DNA of 62,971 nucleotides, counting the filler, from Welwitschia mirabilis (lineage: Eukaryota): the NCBI GenBank assembly GCA_051453625.1. It is 5 parts of one record of this genome, joined end to end, with 100 filler letters (N's around TTAATTAATTAA, not from the genome) between each part and the next. Parts side by side here need not be neighbours in the genome. Positions count along the whole stretch, not along the records: positions 1 to 10,563 come from JBOZIK010000001.1; positions 10,664 to 31,974 come from JBOZIK010000001.1; 3 more parts are not named here. One strand, 5' to 3'. Shown in pieces: positions 1 through 10,889 of this stretch; position 1 is the stretch's first letter, and every line of letters starts with the position of its first letter. The notes below the pieces were generated by a model, which was given only the letters and a program-made list of their open reading frames with translations, ran no database searches and was not told where the DNA came from. A program made the translations under genes and the position numbers.

Positions 1-1102
1 GACATCCATCTGATATAGCCTTATCTTGTGGTAGCAAGCAAAGGCAAGTAACATTCTAATTGCTTCGAGTCTAGCCATAGGCGCAAAGGTTTCTCCATAG
101 TCTATTCCTTCGTGTTGACTGTAGCCTTGAGCTACTAACTTAGCTTTGTTCTGAATGACGTTGTGGTTTTCATCTTTCTTATTTTTAAAAACCCATTTGG
201 TTCCAATAATATGTTTTCCTTTTGGATGAGGCACAAGCTTCCACACTTGATTCCTCTTGAATTGGTTTAACTCTTGTTGCATAGCCATCATCCAGGATTC
301 ATCCTGTTCAGCCTCTTGGAAATTTTTGGGTTCCAAAGTTGAAACAAAACACAAGAAATTGTGGTAAATTGTTTTTCCACTTCTAGTTCTCGTTCCCTGA
401 TCAAGATTGCTCATAACATTCTCTTTAGGATGATCTCTTCTGGTCCTTAAGGGAAGGGATGTGTGCTTTTGTCTATCCTCCTTTTCTTTTGAGGTTAAGT
501 TATCAGTCTTCTTGGAAGGAAAAGATGAGGCTTCAACTATTATGGTCTCTTCACTATCATCTATCATCGGTCCAACATCAATATCTTCTATTTTAACGTA
601 CACAGATTCTTCAACTTTCCCTAAATTTTTGTTGAATACTCTATAAGCTCTGCTTGATATGGAATACCCAAGGAAAGTTCCTTTATCTGCTTTGGATTCA
701 AATTTTCCATTTTCTCCTTTTTCTCTAAAGATAAGGCATCTACTTCCAAACACTTTGAAGTAACTTACAATGGGATTTTTCCCATTCCACAATTCATAGG
801 TAGTTTTATCTGTGTTTGGTCTTAAGAAAACTCTATTACTAATATAATAGGTCGTGTTAACAGCTTCTGCCCAAAAATGTTGTGGAAGAGTTTTCTTATT
901 TAGCATAGTCCTAGACATTTCAATTAGCACTTGGTTCTTTCTTTCCGCTACCCCATTTTGTTGAGGGGTTCTTGGAGTTGAGAGCTGATGTAATATACCA
1001 TGATGATCACAAAAACTTTCGAATTTTTCATTCACAAATTCTCCACCTCTATCTGATCTAATAGACTTGATAGAGTATCCTTTCTCGTTTTGAATTTTTC
1101 TA
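1..1102 (-). mobile_element. Ty1/copia (Sirevirus-like) pol fragment, integrase to start of RT, uninterrupted frame
   Basis: Manual translation of the minus strand has no stop over 367 codons: IRSDRGGEF...TPQQNGVAERKN...FWAEAVNT...IGTKWVFKNK...KAKLVAQGYSQHEGIDYGETFAP...LYQMDV. It runs off the window edge and is bounded by an N gap, so it is absent from the ORF track. Confidence 0.95.
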
Positions 1103-1202
1103 NNNNNNNNNNNNNNNNNNNNNNNNNNNNNNNNNNNNNNNNNNNNNNNNNNNNNNNNNNNNNNNNNNNNNNNNNNNNNNNNNNNNNNNNNNNNNNNNNN
1201 NN

Positions 1203-3716
1203 GAAGTTCATAAAACTTCATATAGAACTTAATGAAGTTCACCACATAGAAACTACATATAGAACTTGATAAAGTTCACCACATAAAAGAACTTAGCATG
1301 AGTTCACCACATAGACAAGATTAAAATGTTGGTGCCTGCTCTTCTTCTGTAGGAGAATCATTCGTTGTTAGATCCTTGAATAAGGTGTAGTAAGGCGTGA
1401 ATGCCATGCCAAAGGATATCCTAGTCATTTCTCCCTTGGAAGTTGTGCTTCTCTGGTCAGAACGGTCATCTCGCTGCTCCAACGTTCGTCGATCCGAACG
1501 TCCCATTCGAGAAGCCCAGACGTCCCCTCTTTTTACTGTTAAAACTAAATGCATCCAAGACATCCCAGTTTAACAGGTCGGGCATCACCATATATTGATT
1601 ATGCATTGATCCTAGCCGTCCCGGTTTGACAGCTCGGACATCCCCATACTTTAGATAGAATCTATCCCGAACGTCTCGGTTTGATAGGCCGGACATCCAC
1701 ATATTGTAAACCCGAGGACATCCCAATGTCCAGCTCGGACGTCCCAATCCGATTCCCTTGGAAATTTCTAGATTTGATTGATTTTTTCGTTTTTGCCAGT
1801 CTTTGGATTCATAGATTCTCAGGAGAGCTCTCATTCAGCCTGTTAGGAATTACTTCGTCATCATTGAAACTCTTTTATCCAACAATCTACCCCTTTTCAA
1901 TGATGACAACCCCTTTTTCAATAATTCTTCTTAAGGGAACGCCGTGGGTTGAAAAGCTAGCTACTCCCCTGAATTTGTGCTTATAATGGTCCTACACACA
2001 TATTAAACTCAGACGAGATGTACTTGCATAGATTTATTCTGACTCCTGTACCAAGACAAAACAAAATATAAGCACAAAGGGGAGACACTTCATCCATGTG
2101 TCCTAGTTTTGGTACCAAATTATGTGTGGGAATCTAAAATAAAACTCTATACAAAGGCTTGTGTTGGTTTGTTGGCAAGTTTGGCCTCCACACGATGTCT
2201 CTTCCACATAATTCGTGAGTGAGAGTTTCAATACACATAAATTCACGAATAGAATTCATGGAAGTAATCTCTCTAAACAACCCATTGTTCGGATAGCTAG
2301 TAATCAGAGAGATTTGCTCTAAATCTATTTCTACTTCTCAACCAAACACTTTTGATCTTAGCTGCCAATCTTCAAAATTGAAAGTCCCATTACAGTAAAA
2401 AACATCTTACCATTCTGGATGCTACTTTTATGTCTGGATCGAGAGCATATTGCCATCCTTTCCCACAAACAAATGATCTTGACTTCCCTCCTAAAAGACT
2501 CAAAATCAATATTTCTTTCTGGTGCAATAAGTCTTTTTGAGAACCCACTGAGCCACTGTCTTCTGTGATCAGGAGAGATAAACCATTCAGACTCAGAGGC
2601 AAGTTCCTTCCCTTTCCTTGAGGCCAATTTAGATCTCACCATAGCGAAGAAGAAGATTGTCACACAAGAGAGTTAAAAGGAGAAGAGTGAAAAATGAGGG
2701 AAAAAAATGCTGAAAGTTTTTTTAAGGTAGGCGAAATCGAAGGCGTCCCCGTTTCCAATAGCCCGGCTGTCCGAATTATTGAAACAGGATTTCTAGGTTT
2801 TAATAAACCCGAATTTTCACAAATTTGAACTACCGGACGTTCAAGTAACTGTAGCGGGACGTCCAGGTTTTAATAACCCCAAAATTGCAAAAATTTGAAC
2901 TACCAAACATCCAAGAAATTTGAGAAGGACGTCCACGTTTGAAGAAATCACAAATTTTTGCCCAAAAACCTAGATTTTAATAAGATTCACCACGATGTGG
3001 AAGACTCATGACAAAGGTAGGATCAAGATAAAACCAGTTGACAATTTTACTAAGGATTAGGGCAAACCCTAATACCTAAATTCTTCCTAAGATTAATAAA
3101 TCTTTCTTCAAATAGACTTTTTGTCAAAATGTTAGGAATTTGATTTTCAGTACTAATATGTTCTAGGCCAATAATATTATTTTGAACTTGTTCTCTAATG
3201 AAGTGATGTTTTATGTCGATATGTTTTGTTTCGCGAATGTTGGACTAGATTTTTAGTTATGTTGATTGTAATAGTGTTGTCATAATAAGATTTATGGTAT
3301 CTAACTTGATCCCAAAGCGACCTAACATTTGTTTCATCCACTAAAGTTGAGCACAACATGCACCTGCAGCAATGTAGTAAACTTCTACTGTTGATAGGGA
3401 AATTGAGTCTTGTTTTCTACTAAGCCATGACATCAAGCAGTTTCCCATGTAGAAGCATGCCTACTTGTTACTCTTGCGATCATCAACACAGCCAGCCCAA
3501 TCTGCATTGTTATAACCTACTAATTCTATTAGAGTATCATATGGATACCAAAGACCATAATATTGAGTTGATTTTAGATATCTCAGAATCCTTTTGGCAC
3601 AAGTTAAGTGAGATTCTTTTGGATTAGCTTGATACCGAGCACAAACTCCCACACTATGTGCTATATCTGGCCTACTACCTGTGATATATAGGAGACTACC
3701 AATTATTCCTCTATAT
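1203..3716 (-). mobile_element. 3' half of a Sirevirus-like copia element: RT/RNaseH remnant, env-like extra ORF, PPT, 3' LTR
   Basis: YRGIIGSLLY...ARYQANPKESHL...ADWAGCVDDRKS at about 3460-3715. Extra ORF starts ATG 2642 (MVRSKLASRKGKELASESEWFISP...). Minus-strand PPT junction GTCATCATTGAAAAGGGGTAGAT|TGTTGG puts the LTR start at 1884. GGAC(A/G)TCC repeats at 1440-1760. The left boundary is uncertain because of the gap. Confidence 0.85.
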
Positions 3717-4300
3717 CAGTGCTTAATTAAGCAGCGATCAGTGCTCAATTAAGCAGCGATTAGTCGCCTAATCACCGCCTGGGCGACTAATCGCCTACGA
3801 ATTTTACCAGCGATTGTTTTTCAGTCGCCAGTCGCGTCCTTCCAGACTATCAGCAATTAATCGCCGACTCTCTTCAATGCGACTAATCGCAGGTTTTGGT
3901 TAAAAAACAAGAAGAAAATCGGGCAAAACAGGTGCACAAAAATTCCTTAAATCCAACAGTTCCCGCAAATCTGTCGCTACGAGTCTGCGATGGACTTGTT
4001 TGGCGCAAAAGAACGACGAAAAAGGAGGAGATCATGGCGCGAAGAGCTAAGCGTGACATGAAGAGCTAAGCGTGGCGCAAGAAGAGCTGCAAACAAACGA
4101 ACAAAAAAATCCGAAGAAGACATAAACATCTAGTTTTCGTTGTCTGGTTCTCCTTGGTACGCTGAATTCTCTCTCTTTTTTCAACAACTGCTAGCTGGCT
4201 GAACGCCTCTCTCTTTTCTTTTGAGACAAATCTTTCAACTCCTCTCCCGTCTAAACTCTGGAGCATTCATACCTTGATCGTTACCTCTGAAATCTTGCAT
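3717..4300 (+). mobile_element. Left end of a hAT-like DNA transposon (right end not found)
   Basis: The copia RT frame stops abruptly at 3716. The sequence then starts CAGTGCTTAATTAAGCAGCGAT (twice) with clustered subterminal motifs GCGATTAGTCGC/GCGACTAATCGC and is CpG-rich. The end coordinate is approximate. Confidence 0.55.
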
Positions 4301-5509
4301 CTGAGCCAAGTCACATTCTATTTTCTCATCTACCCAATGCTTTGGCAATAGGAATGCAACTTCTACTTTACAGCGAATGAAATCACAAATAGTTTCAACA
4401 CTGTCTACATAGACATCTGTAGTTGTTTGAAAGTATAGCATCGTTATTATCTTTATGGTACTCCATGTCAGAACATGTATAAGATGAATATTAATTACTT
4501 GTCAATGCTTGTAGGTTGCATCATTCTCTATTGGCATTGAGGGGGCTCATAAAAGGAACTCAACAGCACAATCTACAAGAAAGTACAGTGACAGAGACAA
4601 GGTTAGAGATATTCAATTTTTTAGATAGCTATATGTTACATTCTAAATGAATTAGAAGTCCATTTATTTTGATACTTTTAAAGTAGGTTTCAAGACTAGT
4701 TACTGTAGTAAATGGAAATTGCCATTGGTTTGATGCTTATGTGTTGAAATGAATAATGAAAAAATGTTTGACCTACTAGGAGACATATTTGTTTTACAGT
4801 AGATGAAGTTTATGGCAATGGTATCCCCTTTTAAGAACAATGTTATTATCCAGGATAATTAGAAATTGATAACTTTTCTTACCAAAGATCTATGTGCCTC
4901 CTTGTTAATGCTTTATATTTTTGTTGTTTCTTTCATATAATTTCCTATGAACATGCAACACTATTGAGTAAATTATATTGGGGATTTGAATTGTGATTTT
5001 ATGATTGACACAATTATCTTTGCCATTGGCAAGTAGGGTACGCTTAGTTACTTTTCCAAGCAAATTGTATCTCTTGTGTCTCATTCCTCTTCTTTATTGG
5101 AGATGGCTTCTAGGCCTCATCTTTTCTTTCTGTTTCATTGAATTCTAATGCCAAGTAAGCTAGCTAGCTTTTATTAGTTTTCAGTTTCCTAGGGATACTG
5201 ATTTCACTCTAGGAAGGCATGCTTTGTTATTAATTATTAGGACTTATGTGCTAGGCTGCGAAGGCTTTTATATTTGAGTTTATAAGATATGAAACACAAT
5301 TTTTTTGTTTTAACATTGACCCTCTTTGTAATGTTATTTTGAAGGGTAAAAAAGGTAAAGGGAAAAACGGAAGTTTTAACATTGACCCTCTTAAAGCAAA
5401 TGTCAACATTGTGAAATGATTACTGTTCGTTCTAATTTAGCACTTTAGCTTTATTCTCACATTATTCACCTCTATTTTGGGCCTTAGGCCATCAATCCTA
5501 GCTTCAAAA

Positions 5510-6633
5510 TGTTAGGATCGTAGAAGCACCCTAGAGTGGGGTGAATAAGGTAAATTTAAAATTATTGCAAAAGATGAATATATAACTCAAACTTCACAAT
5601 TAAAACGATGTACAGAACTAATTAAGAAAATGAACTATGAACAATGCACAATAAATAATGAGCAGAGCACCAGATTTATAGTGGTTCGGCAATCCTTGCC
5701 TACTCCATTCACAGGGGGCAACAACGTGCTTTCAGCCTCTTGGTTCCCTTATCAAAATGCCCAATCTCTTCAAGCAATACCTTTTCTTAAGGTTACAATC
5801 AATTCCCTTCCCTGGGAATCACAAACTTGCTTCAACAAGCCTTAGATCAATACAAGAGTAGAAGATCCTGATGATAGAAATGCCTCAAGCACAGTACATC
5901 AGCAATTAAAGAACAAAGAGAATTTCTTCTTCAATAGATCACGTAGTGAGGGACATTCAGAAGAATTACATAGATCATTTTCAACAATGTAGTAACAGTA
6001 ACCATTTCAAGTGGTTTTTATTGGCTTATATAGACTTGAAGAGAAACATAGCTGTTAGATCCTTTAGTTGGGATCCCAAATCGTTAGACTACTGTTATGG
6101 ACATTTGAACCGCATCCCAAAGAAGTTGTAACCACTGCCCAAGACGTTTGCTCTTGAAAACTGCGTCATTCTGACGACTGCAACGTTCATATTTGTTCAG
6201 GTCGGACATCCCACCTTTTTGGACCGGACATCCCGGTTGTAAAGCTTAATTTCTGGGTTTAACTGGGTTATATCCGGACGTCCCAGTTTCAAGTTCGAAC
6301 GTCCCAATTTCAAGTTTGGACGTCCCCATATATTTCATCTGCATTCAGGGCCGCACGTCCTGGTTAGTAGGGTCAGACGTCCCAGTATATTCTGGCCGCA
6401 TTCAAGTCTGGACGTCCCAAGTAACAGGTCAGACGTCCCCATATGTTTCGACCGCATTCAATTCCGGACGTCCCAAGTAACAGTTCAGACGTCCTCATAT
6501 GTTCGGTCGTGTACAGGAGCAGACGTCCTGGATTAAAGCTCGGACGTCCCTGGAGGCACAGCTTCTGATTTGCACACGTTGAAGTACGCTATTGCCTCGT
6601 TCTTGATCATTATTGAAATTGAATGTCTCTACA
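5510..6633 (-). mobile_element. Sirevirus-type LTR (solo, about 1.12 kb)
   Basis: TG...CA termini. The left end CTAGAGTGGGGTGAATAAGG is the reverse complement of the CCTATTCACCCC...TAGG LTR 3' end seen at about 47990-48012. Array of GGACGTCC-like motifs at 6200-6550. TSD is ambiguous (caaaa/aaaat). Confidence 0.8.
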
Positions 6634-7597
6634 AAAATAACACAAAAGTCGCATAAAATAAATCAAATGACAGATGCACCAGATTTATAGTGGTTCGGCA
6701 ATCCTTGCCTACTCCACTCACAGAAGGCAGCAATGTGCTTCCATTATCTTGGTTCCCTTAAATAACACCTAACAGCTTGGGCACAATACAACACCTTTTT
6801 CCAAGGGTTACAATGAATCCCTTCTCACGGGATGCACAAGCTTACTCCAAAGAGCCATTAGAGAGAGTAGAAAGCAAGAGGTTTGATGGTGTAAATGCCT
6901 TTAGCACAGTACATTAGCAAATGTGCACAAGATCTCCAATTACAAATGATATCTTGGTGAAGTATAGATCGTATGTAAATCTCAGATTTTAGAATGATAC
7001 AATCATGAAGCATTGGTCACTATAGCCTAAGGGTTATAAGATAGCCATTGGAGCCTCAAGATTGAAGCCCTAGCCATTTATTGCACAACCCTAGTTGTTC
7101 ATTGCATAACCCTAGCCATTTGTAAATTGAATAGCATCACTTTGGTGGCTGCAACAGTCATGTTTTGCTTCAATGTTCACCAAGCCAGATGTCCCCACCT
7201 TTTAGACCAGACGTCTTAATTGTAATGCCAAATTCCTCTCAAAATTGAGAAGAAGCTTGAACATCCCAATTCATAACTTGAACGTCCTATAGATTTGGAT
7301 CGTATATAGAGTCGGACATCCAATAAAAAATTTGAACATCCCCATACTTGATTCCCGCATACAGGGTCAGACATCCCAGCGACAAAGCTCGGACATCCCT
7401 ATACATTTTTTTCGCATATAGGGTCCAATGTCTTGATGACAGAGCTTGGATGTCCCCATACATTTTCCCACATACAGGGTCGAACGTCCCATAGAACAAG
7501 CCAGACATCTGAGTTGGCACAACTTCTAATTTGCAGGATTTTTTAGTGAAGTCAATGCCTACCCTTATACATCATTGAAAACTTGGATGCTTCCGCA
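6634..7597 (-). mobile_element. Second, related Sirevirus-type LTR, truncated where it abuts the first
   Basis: Shares GCACCAGATTTATAGTGGTTCGGCAATCCTTGCCTACTCCA with the LTR at about 5667-5707, has its own GGACATCC array (7190-7510) and ends ...GCTTCCGCA. Confidence 0.75.
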
Positions 7598-9554
7598 GAT
7601 TCTTCCATACAAACTTCTTGCCTTTAAGCAACTTACAAATAAAGAACAACCTAAACAATTATGGTACTTATAAAAAAGCTTCACGTTATGAAGCTACAAG
7701 CCTAAGGAAGGACATGCAAAGCTGACACTTCCCATATGTATAACCTTTGTCAAAGTGTCAACAACATTGTGTTTCATAGAAATGTTCTAAATATGTGCAC
7801 AACCATACTCAATAACTTAACAAACATAGTGGGACCTCAAGTCATTATGCTTGGTCCTAGGATGAGAACCAAAACTTCTAGACAAGTGAAATGTACTCTA
7901 ACTATCGCGAAACCTATTATAATTCTTTTGATTCCTTCCCAAACTGCCAAGAAATCATCTTAACCAAAACCTTTCTTTGTAGGCTTCCATTAAAGCAATG
8001 TATTTTGATTCTATTGTACACAAAATTATTGTGAATTGAAGCTACGATAACCAAACTAACAACACCTCCACCAAAAGTGAAAACATACCTTGTGGTCGAA
8101 TACCTAGTGTTCACCTCTACAACAAAGTCTACATCAACATATGCCATCACTTGGAGGCCTCGTACTCCAAACTACAACCCATGAGAGACACAGTATCTTT
8201 TAAGTATTGGAGGATCCCCTAAACCACTAGCCAAGAAGTCCAACCAAAAGTAATTATAAACCAAACAACTACCCCCATTGCATGGGCAACACTTGTCCAT
8301 GTATACATCATGGCATACATAAAAAATCTAGATGTATCTTTGCATGGTATTGATTCCATTTGCTTCTCATCCTCTAAAGATTGAGGGCAAACCTTCTTGC
8401 TTAATTTAAAGTGAGCTACTAATGAATTACTAAAAGTCTAAGCATCTACTATAATAAAATGTTCCAAAATGTTGGAGACGTAATCATCCTAACTAAGCCA
8501 CTATATGCTTGGCTGACCCTTGGTTCTTCATTTGAAAACGCTTATCCATTTCATGCTTCAAGTGTTTAACTTTATCCTTATCATTTCCCACTACAATCAT
8601 ATCATCAACATACAATAACAACATGGCAAACTTATCTACCACCTACCTGCAAAAGTAAACAAAGTTGTCTATTTTGCATTTGTTCTATTGTTACACTTTC
8701 ACAAATGAGTCAAACTTTTTATACCACTATCTAGGGGATCATTTAAGACTCTAAAAACTTTTCCTTGGCATGCATACAAAGTCAATATGTTTGAGATGAG
8801 TAAAACCTTATGGTTGAGTCATATTAATTTATTCTTCTAAATCCCCATGCAAGAAGGCGATTTTCACATCTGGCTAGTCTAGTTCTAGATCTAAACAGGT
8901 AGTTAAAGCAATTCTAATAGAAGATTGCTTAACAACTAAAGAAAATTCTTAGTAAGATCTATACTTGGTTTCTGTTTAAAGCCCTTTACCACACATCTTG
9001 CCTTGTATTTGGTAGGGGTATGCAAATCTTCCTTTACCCAAAAGAGCCATTTGTTCTGTAGTGCTTTCTTATTCTTTGGAAGCTACACCAGTTCCCATGC
9101 GTGATTAGCCATGAATGATTTCCAATTATCATGCATTATAGCCTTCCATTAGTTCCAACAATTACATGAACTTGCTTTTAAAATAGTCTCTAGTTTTCCT
9201 CCATTAGTTAGTAAAACATGGTTTAAAGAAGCAAAGTGTATGTTAAGTTGCTTTTTTCCTCAACCAATGTGAAGAAGTATCATATAAAGCCTCTTCATCT
9301 TCAACTTCTTGCTTTTCCTCTTCGACATCTATCTTATTCGCTTTGAAGAATGTCTCCATTGTTAAAAAAAAATTTGTTCCTGTTGTTCATTTTGACCATC
9401 ATCATCATGAGTAAATACTTTAGTACACTCCTTCTAAGGGAAGCTAGAATTAGGCATTTTTCCATCCTGGTTCTCAAACTTGGAGGGATAATATAGAGAA
9501 TCATCGCTGAATGTTACATCCCCAGATCTAACAATATGTTTGCATGTAGAATCC

Positions 9555-10062
9555 TATAGTTGTAAAATTTAGATTCGATCACACATCATTTCTTTTTTAA
9601 TTTGAAGATGCTAGATTGTCAGATCATTCTAAAGTATTTGGCAGATGGTTGTAGATCACAAACATGGGAAAACCTTATAGTTGAATTTAAAACTTAATGA
9701 AATCAATTTAACCTTTAATTGAAAAAAATTAGAACTTTTAAAATGTCTTTCTACTTATTACTTGGTTTAGACCTACTAGAGGATGTCAAAAGATCAAAAT
9801 ACTTCATGTATGTGGGGTTTGGACCTCAAGAAATAGCAAACCTATTTGGATCTTTGTGGATCTCTCTACATCTCTACAAATCTCTTTGGATCCCTACAAA
9901 TCGCTTCAAATCACTATGGATCGCCTTGGATTGTTGTAGAGTAGATCACCTTAGACCATGATCTAGAGGAAATCATGATCCAAAACTGATTCGAAGTGTT
10001 TTTTATGGGTAGATATACAAATCACCCTAGAATGCAATTTGGATCTGCATTTCACAACTTTG
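9555..10062. mobile_element. About 0.5-kb non-autonomous TIR element (hAT-like MITE), copy 1
   Basis: Imperfect TIRs TATAGTTGTAAAAT / ATTTCACAACTTTG. It interrupts the copia GY-x-L-W-D motif and is colinear with a second copy at 52965-53464. Confidence 0.7.
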
Positions 10063-10483
10063 GCATGTACCCACAATCATGATTGCCATAACTAATAAGG
10101 AGACATTTGTGTGCTCTATCATCAAGTTGGAACGTGCAAGAGTTCAAGACATGAACATAAGCTTCAGAGCTAAAGACTCTCAAGTGCTAATAAGAGACTT
10201 ACTATCATCCAAAGTTGAATAAGCTGACTTCTTAATAAGTATGTAACAATACTAACTACTTTAGTCCAAAAGTATTTTGGAAGACCCGCTCCTACTGCCA
10301 CATCTCTAGCATGCTTTTATAAAGTTTTATTATAGCTCTCTGCCACTCCATTTTGTTGGGTTGTTTTAGGAGTAGTCTGGTAATGTATAATGTCTTTTTG
10401 CATTCCAAACTTAGAAAAGGCAAATAAGGTGTTTTTACCTCCATTATCTATTAGGCACTTTTAATTTCCAACCTTGTTTAAGA

Positions 10484-10509
10484 TGCGCATGCACATGCAC
10501 ACGCACATG

Positions 10510-10563
<54 letters not shown>

Positions 10564-10717
10564 NNNNNNNNNNNNNNNNNNNNNNNNNNNNNNNNNNNNN
10601 NNNNNNNTTAATTAATTAANNNNNNNNNNNNNNNNNNNNNNNNNNNNNNNNNNNNNNNNNNNNTTCAAAGTTTTAAAAGAAAAGACTACTTTTTAAAAAA
10701 TTTTATTAAAATAATTA

Positions 10718-10768
<51 letters not shown>

Positions 10769-10795
10769 TATATATATATATATATGTATATATAG

Positions 10796-10834
<39 letters not shown>

Positions 10835-10849
10835 TATATGTATATATAG

Positions 10850-10884
<35 letters not shown>
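10484..10884. repeat. Compound microsatellite: (GCAC/CA)n, gap, then alternating (TA)n/(GA)n
   Basis: Directly visible. It produces the spurious SLSL/YIYI ORFs at 10686-11097. Confidence 0.95.
10564..10663. other. Assembly spacer N44-TTAATTAATTAA-N44 (also at 31975-32074, 48533-48632, 57446-57545)
   Basis: Identical 100-base construct occurs four times. The 12-mer has stop codons in all six frames. Confidence 0.97.

Positions 10885-10889
<5 letters not shown>

Noticed and set aside
6200..6550. Regularly spaced palindromic repeats resembling a CRISPR array
   Set aside because: Short degenerate 8-bp cores, mutually similar spacers, location inside LTRs, no cas genes, plant nuclear context.
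10608..10619. Perfect palindrome TTAATTAATTAA recurring four times
   Set aside because: Always centred in exactly 44+44 Ns, so it is an artificial six-frame-stop contig spacer, not biology.
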